Assembly (NCBI RefSeq): GCF_009914755.1
Contig: NC_060927.1
Reading direction: 5' to 3' (one strand)
DNA from: the human T2T-CHM13v2.0 reference genome, Homo sapiens
Length of the DNA: 64,000 nucleotides
Shown in pieces: positions 12,960-24,057 of the stretch. Each line of letters starts with the position of its first letter. The stretch's first letter is position 1. Under the pieces are notes generated by a model. That model was given only the letters and a program-made list of their open reading frames with translations, was not told where the DNA came from and did not search any database. A program made the translations under genes and the position numbers.

Positions 12960-15900
12960 TTCCTGCCTTCTTATATTAATAAGAAAAATAAAACAAAATA
13001 GTGGTAAAGTGTTGGGACAGCAAAAATTTTGGGGGATGGTATGGAGCGATAATGGGCGATGTTTCTCAGGGCTGCTTTGATCAGGATTAGGGGCAGCGTG
13101 GGAACCTAGAGTGGGAGAGATTAAGCTGAAGGAAGATTTTGTGGTAAGGGGTGATATTGTGGGGTTGTTAGAAGAAACATTTGTTGTGTAGAATTATTGG
13201 TGATGGCCTGGATACAGTTTTGTATGAATTGAAAAACTAAATGGAATAAGAGAAGGAGAAAAACAGATATAAAAGGTCTAAGAATTGGGAGGACCTAGGA
13301 CATCTGATTAGAGAGTGCCTAAGGAGATTCAGCATAGTCCTGCCAGCAAAGATTATTTATTTACTTCAAGAGTTAAGAATGGCAGTTTGGGGATAGCATG
13401 AGGAGATATCAGCTGTGATGGCTTGGAGAAACAGTGTAAACCGGCAGTGTAAACAAGAGCAGGGCATGTATGAGTAGTTGAGAATGGAGAATAGGAGTAT
13501 GACTAGACAGAAAATAGTAGGGATGACAAGTGTTTTTGGGGCACAGTCTAAGTTGGTCCAGTGTCTGGAATGAGACTGGGACCTAATAAAAAGGAGCTCA
13601 AATGGGCTGTACCTTGTAGCATTCCGAGGACAGGTCTGATTTCTGAGAAGGGAAAGTGGTGAAAGTATTGTCCAGTCCTTTTTAAGTTGGTGGCTGAGCT
13701 TGGTGAGGTTTGTTTTTAAAAGACCTTTAGTCTGTTCTACTTTTCTTGAAGACAGAGGACCGTAAGGGATATAAAGGTTTCCTGAAAAACTGCTTGGCTG
13801 ATTTGACAAATAAAGGCTGGTCTGTTATCAGATTTTATAGAGGTGGGAAGGCTAAACTGAGGAATTATGTCTGACAGAAGGGAAGAAATTACTGGGATGG
13901 CCTTCTCAGACCCTGTAGGAAAGGCCTCTACTTATCTAGTGAAAGTGTCTACTTAGACTAAGAGGTATTTTAGTTATCTGACTCAGGGCATGTTGAGTAA
14001 AGCTAATTTGCCAGTCCTGGGTGGGGGCAAATCTTCAAGCTTGATGTGTAGGGAAGGGAGGGGGCCTGAATAATCCCTGAGGAGTAGTAGAATAGCAGAT
14101 GGAACACTGAGAAGTTATTTCCTCGAGGATAGATTTCCACAATGGAAAGGAAATGAGAGGTTCTAAGAGGCGGGCTAGTGGCTTGTACTATAGCATAGCC
14201 TGCCTTTGCTGGTGTGTGGCGATTAGGCCTGGTGGAACTGCCATCAATAAATCAAGCATGATCAGGGTGAGGGACAGGAAAGAAGGAAATATGGGGAAAT
14301 GGGGTGAATGTCAGGTGGATCAGAGAGATACAGTCATGGGGGTCAGGTGTGTTATCAGGAATAATGTGAGAGGCCAGATTGAGGTCCGGGCCAGGAACAA
14401 TGGTAACTGTGGGACTTAACAAAGAGTGAGTACAGCTGAAGGAGCCGGGGAGCAGAAAGTATCTGCGTCAGGTATGAGGAAGAAAATAGATTTTGGAAGT
14501 TATGAGAAATGTAGAGAGTGAGTTGAGCATAATTTGTGATTTTTAGGGCTTCTAAAAGTATTAAAGCAGCAGCAGCCGCTGCACGCAGACATGAGGGCTA
14601 GGCTAAAACAGTAAGGTCAAGTTGTTTGGACAGAAAGGCTACAGGGTGCGGTCCTGGCTCTTGTGTAAGAAATCCGACTGCACTAACCATGCCTAGGAAG
14701 GAAAGGAGTTGTTGTTTTGTAACAGATTGAGGTTTGGGAGATTAATTGGGCACAATCAGCAGGGAGAGCACGTGTGTTTTTATGAGAATTATGCAGAGAT
14801 AGGTAACAGATGAGGATGAAATTTGGGCTTGACTGAAGTAATGGGGTCTATCTGTGAAGTCTTGCGGCAGTACAGCCCAGGTAATTTGCTGAGCCTAATG
14901 GGTGTCAGGGTCAGTCTAAGTGAAAGCAAAGAGAGGCTGGGATGAAGGGTGCAAAGGAATAGTAAAGAAAGCATGTCTGAGATCCAGAACAGAATAATGG
15001 GTTGTAGAGGGAGGTATTGAGGACAGGAGAGTATATGGGTTTGACACCATGGGGTGGATAGGCAAAACAATTTGGTTGATAAGGCATAGATCCTGAACTA
15101 ACTTGTAAGGCTTGTCTGGTTTTAGGACAGGTAAAATGGAGGAATTGTAAGGAGAGTTTATAGGCTTTAAAAGGCCGTGCTGTAGCAGGCGAGTGATAAC
15201 AGGCTTTAATCCTTTCAAAACATGCTGTGGGATGGGATATTGGCATTGAGCGGGGTAAGGGTGATTAGGTTTTAATGAGATGGTAAGGGGTGCATGATCG
15301 GTCGCCAAGGAGGGAGTAGAGGTATCTTATACTTGTGGGTTAAGGTGGGGGAATACAAGAGGAGGGCCCAAAGGAGGCTTTGGATTGGGAAGAAGGGCAG
15401 CAATGAGATGTAGCTGTAATCCAGGAATAGTCAGGGAAGCAGATAATTTAGTTAAAGTGTCTCGGCCTAATAAGGGAACTGGGCAGGTGGGGATAACTAA
15501 AAGGAGTGCTTAAAAGAGTGTTGTCTAAGTTAGCACCAGAGTTGGGGAGTTTTAAGAGGTTTAGAAGCCTGGCTGTCAATACCCACAACAGTTATGGAGG
15601 CAAGGGAAACAGGCCCTTGAAAATAAGGTAATGTGGAGTGGGTGGCCTCCATATTGATTAAGAAGGGGACAGACTTACCTTCCACTGTGAGAGTTACCCA
15701 AAGCTCGGTGTCCGTGATGGTCTAGGGGGCTTTGGAGGCGATCGGGCAGCATCAGTCTTCAGGCACTAAGCCAAGAAGACCTGGGAAGGAGTCAGTCAGA
15801 GAGCCTTGGGCCAGAATTCCAGGGGCTCTGGGAGTGGCTGCCAGGTGAGTTGGACAGTCCGATTTCCAGTGGGGTCCCACACAGATGGGACGTGGCTTAG

Positions 15901-18900
15901 GAGAAATCCCGGGTTGCAGGCATTCCTTGGCCTGGTGGTCAGATTTCTGGCACTCGTAGCAAGCTCCTGGGGGAGGAGGTTCTGGAGGAATGCCTGGCTG
16001 CTGCGGTTCAGGCGTTTGGAAGTTCTCGTGTGCTGGAGATGTGGCTGGGGTTTGTCTCACAGTGGAGGCAAGGAATTGCAACTTTTTTCTATTATTGTAC
16101 ACCTTGAAGGTGAGGCTAATTAAGTCCTGTTGTGGGGTTTGAGGGCTGGAATTTAATTTTTGGAGTTGTATTTAATGTCAGGAGCGGATTGGGTAATAAA
16201 ATGTATATTGAGAATAAGACAGCCCTTTGACCTTTTAGGGTCTAGGGCTGTAAAGCATCTCAGGGTTGCTGCTGAAGGAGCCATGAACTGGGCTGGGTTT
16301 TTATATTTGATGAAAAAGCCTAAATGCTGTCTGATTTGGGATAAAGAAAAAGGAGCATTAACCTTGACTATGCCTTTAGCTCCAGCCACCTTTTTAAGAG
16401 TAAATTGCTGGGCAGGTGGGGGAGGGCTAGTCACGGAACGAAACTGTAAGCCGGACCAGGTGTGAGGAGGGGAGGTGATAAAAGGATTATAGGGTGGAGG
16501 AGCAGAGGCTGAGGAAGAATTGGGACCTAGCTTGGCCTGGTGAGGAGGGGAGAGGTCAGATGGGTCTGTAGAAAAGGAAGATTAGAAAGACTCAATGATG
16601 CTTGGGGTTGGGACTGAGGGGACAGGCGGGAGGGAAAGAAGGAAGATTTGGGACGAGTTGCATTGGGCACAGAGACTAGGAAGGGACTGATGTGTAAAAG
16701 AATGCCTGGACATCAGGCACCTCAGACCGTTTGCCTATTTTATGACAATTATTTAGATCTTGTAGGATGGAAAAATTGAAAGTGCCGTTTTCCGGCTATT
16801 TGGAACTACTGTCGAGTTTGTATTGGGGCCAAGCGGTGTTGCAGAAGAAAACAAGGCATTTAGGTTTTAGGTCAGGTGTGAGTTGAAGAGCTTTTAAGTT
16901 CTTGAGAACACAGGCTAAGGGAGAAGAAGGAGGAATGGAGGGTGGAAGGTTGCCCATAGTGAAGGAGGCAAACACAGAGAGAAGAGAGCGTAGAGACACG
17001 GAGGGAAGGGGTTCGGGTGTTCTTTTTTTTTTTTTTTTTTTTTTAATTTATTTTTTATTGATAATTCTTGGGTGTTTCTCACAGAGGGGGATTTGGCAGG
17101 GTCATGGGACAATAGTGGAGGGAAGGTCAGCAGATAAACAAGTGAACAAAGGTCTCTGGTTTTCCTAGGCAGAGGACCCTGCGGCCTTCCGCAGTGTTTG
17201 TGTCCCTGATTACTTGAGATTAGGGATTGGTGATGACTCTTAACGAGCATGCTGCCCTCAAGCATCTGTTTAACAAAGCACATCTTGCACCGCCCTTAAT
17301 CCATTTAACCCTGAGTGGACACAGCACATGTTTCAGAGAGCACAGGGTTGGGGGCAAGGTCACAGATCAACAGGATCCCAAGGCAGAGGAATTTTTCTTA
17401 GTGCAGAACAAAATGAAAAGTCTCCCATGTCTACTTCTTTCTACACAGACACGGCAACCATCCGATTTCTCAATCTTTTCCCCACCTTTCCCGCCTTTCT
17501 ATTCCACAAAGCAGCCATTGTCATCCTGGCCCGTTCTCAATGAGCTGTTGGGCACACCTCCCAGACGGGGTGGTGGCCGGGCAGAGGGGCTCCTCACTTC
17601 CCAGTAGGGGCGGCCGGGCAGAGGCGCCCCTCACCTCCCGGACGGGGCGGCTGGCCGGGCGGGGGGCTGACCCCCCCACCTCCCTCCCGGACGGCACGGC
17701 TGGCCAGGCGGGGGGCTGACCCCCCCACCTCCCTCCCGGACGGCACGGCTGGCCAGGCGGGGGGCTGACCCCCCCACCTCCCTCCCGGATGGGGCGGCTG
17801 GCCGGGCGGGGGGCTGACCCCCCCCCACCTCCCTCCCGGACGGGGTGGCTGCCGGGCGGAGATGCTCCTCACTTCCCAGATGGGGTGGCTGCCGGGCGGA
17901 GAGGCTCCTCACTTCTCAGACGGGGCAGCTGCCGGGCGGAGGGGCTCCTCACTTCTCAGACGGGGTGGTTGCCAGGCAGAGGGTCTCCTCACTTCTCAGA
18001 CGGGGCGGCCGGGCAGAGACCCTCCTCACCTCCCAGACGGGGTCTCGGCCAGGCAGAGGCGCTCCTCACATCCCAGATGGGGCGGCGGGGCAGAGGCGCT
18101 CCCCACATCTCAGACGATGGGCGGCCGGGCAGAGACGCTCCTCACTTCCTAGATGTGATGGCGGCTGGGAAGAGGCGCTCCTCACTTCCTAGATGGGATG
18201 GTGGCCGGGCGGAGACGCTCCTCACTTTCCAGACTGGGCAGCCAGGCAGAGGGGCTCCTCACATCCCAGACAATGGGCGGCCAGGCAGAGACACTCCTCA
18301 CTTCCCAGACGGGGTGGCGGCCGGGCAGAGGCTGCAATCTCGGCACTTTGGGAGGCCAAGGCAGGCGGCTGCTCCTTGCCCTGGGGCCCCGCGGGGCCCG
18401 TCCCGGTTCGGGTGTTCTTAACCCTCCAGAAAAGTGGGAAAGGGGTCAGGGCACGGAAATAAGGGATTGGGGCACAGAGATAAGAGGTTGGGGTGTGGAA
18501 ATAAGGGATTGGGGGTTCTTGCCCCCTAGAAAAGCGGGACTTGCCGCTAAGGGTGAAGGAGAAGGGGTTGAGGGGTACTTGCCCCTCCCCCAGAAAAGCA
18601 GAGAAGGGGTAGAGACTCAGAAGGGGTTGGGGTACTTGCCCCTCCCCCAGAAAAGCAGAGAAGGGGTAGAGACATGGAGAGAAGGGGTTGGGGTACTTGC
18701 CCCTCCCCCAGAAAAGCGGGACTTGCCACTAAGGGTGAAGGACCAAGGCAGGCCTCCCTGCGTGGTCTGACAACTTTGAAACGTGGGTGAATGATCAGAG
18801 AGGTGTCCCTGCAATGATTAAACACCACGGGAAGGCTGCCTTCCCAGTCCGTGACCGGCGCCGGAGTTTTGGGTCCACAAATAAAACGTGTCTCCTTTGT

Positions 18901-19096
18901 CTCTACCAGAAAATGAAAGGAATTGAAATTAAGAGAAGGGAGAGATTGAAGGGTGGCGCCAAGATTGAAAGGAGAAAGAGGTTGAGGGATAGTGAGGGAG
19001 GTTGGAGAAGAGAGTAAAAAGAGGCCGCTTACCGGATTTGAAATTGGTGAGATGTTTCTTGGGCTCATCGGTCTGAGGACCTGAGGTCGTAGGTGA
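12960..19096 (-). mobile_element. HERV-H internal region, copy B (common deleted type), interrupted by SVA_F1
   Basis: gag CYECQKSDH knuckle, degenerate protease LINMEAT, RT lacking the YxDD segment, integrase remnant ~13370-14150. Confidence 0.95.
17025..18404 (-). mobile_element. SVA_F1 (MAST2-fused, human-specific SVA)
   Basis: poly-T, SVA_F-type SINE-R, VNTR, Alu-like part ending at its splice acceptor and joined to 35 bp encoding TGPAGPQGKEQ (MAST2 exon 1 end); no hexamer; 15-bp TSD ggttcgggtgttctt at 17010-17024 and 18405-18419. Confidence 0.92.
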
Positions 19097-19650
19097 TTTC
19101 ATGTGCGTCCGTGTGAAGAGACCACCAAACAGGCTTTGTGTGAGCAATAAAGCTGTTTATTTCACCTGGGTACAAGTGGGCTGAGTCTGAAAAGAGAGTC
19201 AGTGAAGGGAGATGGGGTGGGGCTGTTTTATAAGATTTGGGTGGGTAAAGGAAAATTACAGTCAAAGGGGGTTTGTTCTCTGGCAGGCAGGAGTGGGGGT
19301 TGCAAAGTACTCAGTGGGGGAGCTTTTTGAGCCAGGATTGGCCAGGAAAAGGACTTTCATAAGGTCACATCATCACTTAAGGCAAGGATGGGCCATTTTC
19401 ACTTCTTTTGTGGTGGAATGTCATCAGTTAAGGCAAGGACCAGCCATTTACACTTCTTTTGTGGTGGAATGTCATCAGTTAAGGCAAGGACCAGCCATTT
19501 ACACTTCTTTTGTGGTGGAATGTCATCAGTTAAGGCGGGGCAGGGCATTTTCACTTCTTTTGTGATTCTTCAGTTACTTCAGGCCATCTGGGCATATACC
19601 TGCAAGTCACAGGGGATGCAATGGCTTAGCTTAGGCTCAGAGTTCTGACA
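19097..19650 (-). mobile_element. LTR7 #3, 5' LTR, with four U3 repeat units
   Basis: 554 bp = 452 + 2x51-bp unit; TATAAAA present; no PBS downstream. Confidence 0.95.
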
Positions 19651-19714
19651 GATCTATTCCTGCCTTCATTTTTACGTTGTATTTTATTTATTTGTTTTTA
19701 AAATTTTAAACTAA

Positions 19715-19899
<185 letters not shown>

Positions 19900-20078
19900 T
19901 AGGATGGCATAATGAATCCCCATGTACCCCTCAGCCAGCTTCGACAGTTACCAACATGTGGCCAAGCCTATTTCATTTCTACCTCTACCCCCTTCTCATA
20001 TTAGAGTAAATCCTGGACATCGTATCATTTCGTCTATAAGTGTTGCTGTCTAAAAGAGATCATCTTACCTTTCAACAG

Positions 20079-20166
20079 ATGGTAATTGCGCTGCAGAACA
20101 CCACCACGACCAGCCGCTACCTGCGAGTCCTCCCACCTTCCACGCCATACTTCGCTCTGGGACTGG
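20079..20166 (+). CDS. DLEC1: DLEC1 exon (~7)
   Basis: caacag|ATG...CTG G|gtaagt; [29 protein letters not shown]. Confidence 0.92.
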
Positions 20167-20191
20167 GTAAGTTCAGTATTTGTAAGTTCAT

Positions 20192-20595
20192 TAGTAGTAG
20201 TGGTAATAGTAGTGGTGGTATTAGTAGTAATAGTAGTAGTGGTGGTAGTAATGGTAGCAATGATAGTAGTAGTAGTGGTGGTAGTAGTAGTAGTGATGGT
20301 GGTAGTAGTGGTAGTAGTAGTGGTGGTGGTAGTAGTAGTGGTAGTAGTAGTAGTGGTGGTGGTGGTGGTAGTAGTAGTAATAGTAGTGGTGGTGGTGGTA
20401 GTAGTGGTGGTAGTAGTAGTGGTAGTAGTAGTGGTAGTAGTAGTAGTGGTGGTGGTAGTAGTGGTAGTAGTAGTGGTAGTAGTAGTAGTGGGGGGGTGGT
20501 AGTAGTGGTAGTAGTAGTAGTGGTAGTAGTAGTAGTGGTGGTGGTAGTGGTGGTGGTAGTAGTAGTGGTGGTAGTAGTGGTGGTAGTAGTGGTAA

Positions 20596-20626
<31 letters not shown>

Positions 20627-21017
20627 GGTTGTGGTGGTAGTAGTAGTGGTAGTAGTAGTAGTGGTAGTAGTAGTAGTGGTGGTGGTAGTAGTGGTGGTAG
20701 TAGTGGTAATAGTAGTAGTGGTGGTGGTGGTAGTAGTAGTGGTAGTAGTAGTAGTGGTAGTAGTAGTAGTGGTAGTAGTAGTGGTGGTGGTGGTGGTGGT
20801 AGTGGTGGTGGTGGTAGTAGTAGTGGTGGTTGTAGTAGTAGTAGTGGTTGTGGTGGTAGTAGTAGTGGTAGTAGTAGTAGTGGTAGTAGTAGTAGTGGTG
20901 GTGGTAGTAGTGGTGGTAGTAGTGGTAATAGTAGTAGTGGTGGTGGTGGTAGTAGTAGTGGTAGTAGTAGTAGTGGTAGTAGTAGTGGTGGTGGTGGTGG
21001 TGGTAGTGGTGGTGGTG

Positions 21018-21067
<50 letters not shown>

Positions 21068-21329
21068 GGTGGTGGTAGTAGTAGTGGTTGTGGTAGTAGT
21101 AGTGGTTGTGGTAGTAGTAGTGGTAGTAGTAGTGGTGGTGGTGGTAGTGGTGGTAGTAGTGGTAATAGTGGTGGTGGTAGTAGTAGTAGTGGTTGTGGTG
21201 GTAGTAGTGGTAGTAGTGGTGGTGGTGGTGGTGGTAGTGGTGGTGGTGGTAGTAGTGGTGGTAGTAGTGGTAGTAGTAGTAGTGGTGGTGGTAGTAGTGG
21301 TGGTGGTAGTAGTGGTGGTAGTAGTAGTG

Positions 21330-21382
<53 letters not shown>

Positions 21383-21452
21383 GGTGGTAGTAGTGGTAAT
21401 AGTAGTAGTGGTGGTGGTGGTAGTAGTAGTGGTGGTTGTGGTAGTAGTAGTG

Positions 21453-21490
<38 letters not shown>

Positions 21491-22157
21491 GGTGGTGGTA
21501 GTAGTGGTGGTAGTAGTAGTGGTAGTAGTGGTGGTGGTGGTAGTAGTAGTGGTGGTTGTGGTAGTAGTAGTGGTAGTAGTAGTAGTGGTAGTAGTAGTAG
21601 TGGTGGTGGTAGTAGTGGTGGTAGTAGTGGTAATAGTAGTGGTGGTGGTAGTAGTAGTAGTGGTTGTGGTGGTAGTAGTGGTAGTAGTAGTGGTGGTGGT
21701 GGTGGTGGTAGTGGTGGTGGTGGTAGTAGTAGTGGTGGTGGTAGTAGTGGTGGTAGTAGTGGTAATAGTAGTGGTGGTGGTAGTAGTAGTAGTGGTTGTG
21801 GTGGTAGTAGTGGTAGTAGTAGTGGTGGTGGTGGTGGTAGTGGTGGTGGTGGTAGTAGTAGTGGTGGTGGTAGTAGTGGTGGTGGTAGTAGTGGTGGTAG
21901 TAGTAGTGGTAGTAGTAGTAGTGGTGGTGGTAGTAGTGGTGGTGGTAGTAGTGGTGGTAGTAGTAGTGGTAGTAGTAGTAGTGGTGGTGGTAGTAGTGGT
22001 GGTGGTAGTAGTGGTGGTAGTAGTGGTAATAGTAGTGGTGGTGGTAGTAGTAGTAGTGGTTGTGGTGGTAGTAGTGGTAGTAGTAGTGGTGGTGGTGGTG
22101 GTGGTAGTGGTAGTAGTGGTAGTAGTAGTGGTGGTGGTGGTGGTAGTGGTGGTGGTG

Positions 22158-22210
<53 letters not shown>

Positions 22211-22446
22211 GGTGGTAGTAGTGGTAATAGTAGTGGTGGTGGTAGTAGTAGTAGTGGTTGTGGTGGTAGTAGTGGTAGTAGTAGTGGTGGTGGTGGTGGT
22301 GGTAGTGGTGGTGGTGGTAGTAGTAGTGGTGGTGGTAGTAGTGGTGGTAGTAGCAGTGATAGTAATAGTAGTGGTGGTGGTAGTAGTAGTAGTGGTGGGG
22401 GTGGTAGTAGTAGTAGTAGCAGTAGCAGTAGCAGTACTGCTACTAC
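20192..22446. repeat. 2.25-kb compound trinucleotide repeat (GTA/GTG)n
   Basis: Directly visible; rare AAT and GTT interruptions. Confidence 0.99.
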
Positions 22447-23090
22447 TTTGAGGATTGCCTCAAAGTCACTTGCTGGGCTTGCTGCCAGTTGCTGACTCCC
22501 GCCCTGAGTCTACAGCCTGGGCCTGGACTCCCCCCATCAGCAGTCCTTGAGGGCTCCTCATGCTCCACCAGCAATGTGTCCTCAGAGCCTTGACAGCTCC
22601 TTTCTCCTGACCGCCTCCACCCAGGCACTGGTCCTGCTATCTCCCCACTCCTCGTGCTGCCATTCTCCTCAATCAGGCCCTCTCTATTCCTCACTTAAGC
22701 CTCAGCAGCAGCCCCCCAGCCAGCCTTCCTACTTTAGTGTCACAGTATTTGTCTCAAGAACAACTCTGATCATGTCACCCCGTTCAGAAATCTCAAAAGT
22801 TTCTCTGCTATCCACCAAAGAAATTCTAAGCCATAGGGCCAGGCATGGCCCCACCTGACCTTTCTGGATGGATGGTGTCATTTCCCCCCAGGCTCTGGCA
22901 TGCTTACCTGGAGTCGCCACCCTTGCAGCCTGCTCCCCTCGCATGCCCTTTTCCTGCCATCAGCGCGGCTTTGGCCCAGAAGGCACTTACAGAGCCAGCC
23001 CTGGCAGGGCTGGGGTCTGTACCAGCTGAGCTCAAGCCCTGGTGGCTGGCTGCTCCCAGGATCCTCACTTGTCACTTTTGTCATGCACAG

Positions 23091-23264
23091 GGATGTTCCC
23101 AGGAAAAGGTGGAATGGTGGCTCCTGGAATGACCTGCCAGTACATTGTCCAGTTTTTTCCCGACTGCCTTGGGGATTTTGATGATTTTATTTTAGTGGAG
23201 ACCCAGTCAGCCCACACACTTCTGATCCCCCTGCAGGCCCGGAGGCCGCCCCCCGTGCTGACAT
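23091..23264 (+). CDS. DLEC1: DLEC1 exon (~8)
   Basis: cacag|GG ATG TTC...ACA T|gtgagt; [17 protein letters not shown]...RRPPPVLT. Confidence 0.92.
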
Positions 23265-24057
23265 GTGAGTGTGCACCGTAGCTTCCCACAGATTCAGTTA
23301 AGGTTGGAGAGTCCCCATAAGGACTGCCTGCCTCTCAGGTTCCCTTTGTATCAGCACACAGCTTGGCTCTCTTGGGCAGGGGCCGTGGGTCCTGCAGAGG
23401 AAACTGCTAGCAGCTTCTGTAGCCATCCACAGTGTCAAGCCATGATTGTTCTGCTTGCTTTTGGGTTTTCTCAGTGGAGGTTGACTCACAGCAGGGGATG
23501 AGGCCAACAGTCCAGCTAACCCCACCGTAGGTTTTGCTGGCTTATGAACATCCCTGAGGGGACCTGTGCCACAGTGGGCAAGGAAGAAGTGCCTGTGCAC
23601 CCTGAGGAGTCCTAACAGGTCGTCGTTGTCCTCGTGGCTGTGGGGGTAGGAGTCCTTAGCAAAGCTGGCTTCAGCTGGGCTCCCTCAGCGACAAGCTTCT
23701 ACAGCTGGGCATAGGCTGGAATTTGGGACCGTGATCCCCCTTACTTCTGCCATAGCCCCCAAGGACCATGCTGGGTGGCCCTGGCTGAGCATGAATCCAC
23801 AATGGGCACTGACTTCTGCTGCTCTAGCCAGGAGTGAATAGAGTCCCATGGCACTATTGCCATGTGGCCAGCAGCAGCCTGGGCAGAGCCCAAGTGGGTG
23901 TAGGGTCAGGACATGTCCCCACTCATCCTCTCTGCATAGGGTGCTGGGCTGGGACCAGCTGTCCTGATCTCTGGCTGTACCTCAGGAGAAGCATGACAGT
24001 AGGGCCTATTAAGAGTGACCTGTTGTTTCTCTTGCACATGTTCTCCTGTGGCTACAG

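Noticed and set aside
8027-16465. Functional retroviral gag/pol genes or a novel RT system
   Set aside because: Frameshifts, stops, large deletions and no PBS; these are HERV-H remnants.
6709-19655. TSD for the HERV-H array
   Set aside because: Left gtcag and right gatct do not match; I found no alternative TSD nearby.
20040-22451. 803-aa ORF as an independent gene
   Set aside because: It is one DLEC1 exon plus read-through into a trinucleotide repeat; the length follows from stop-free repeat composition.
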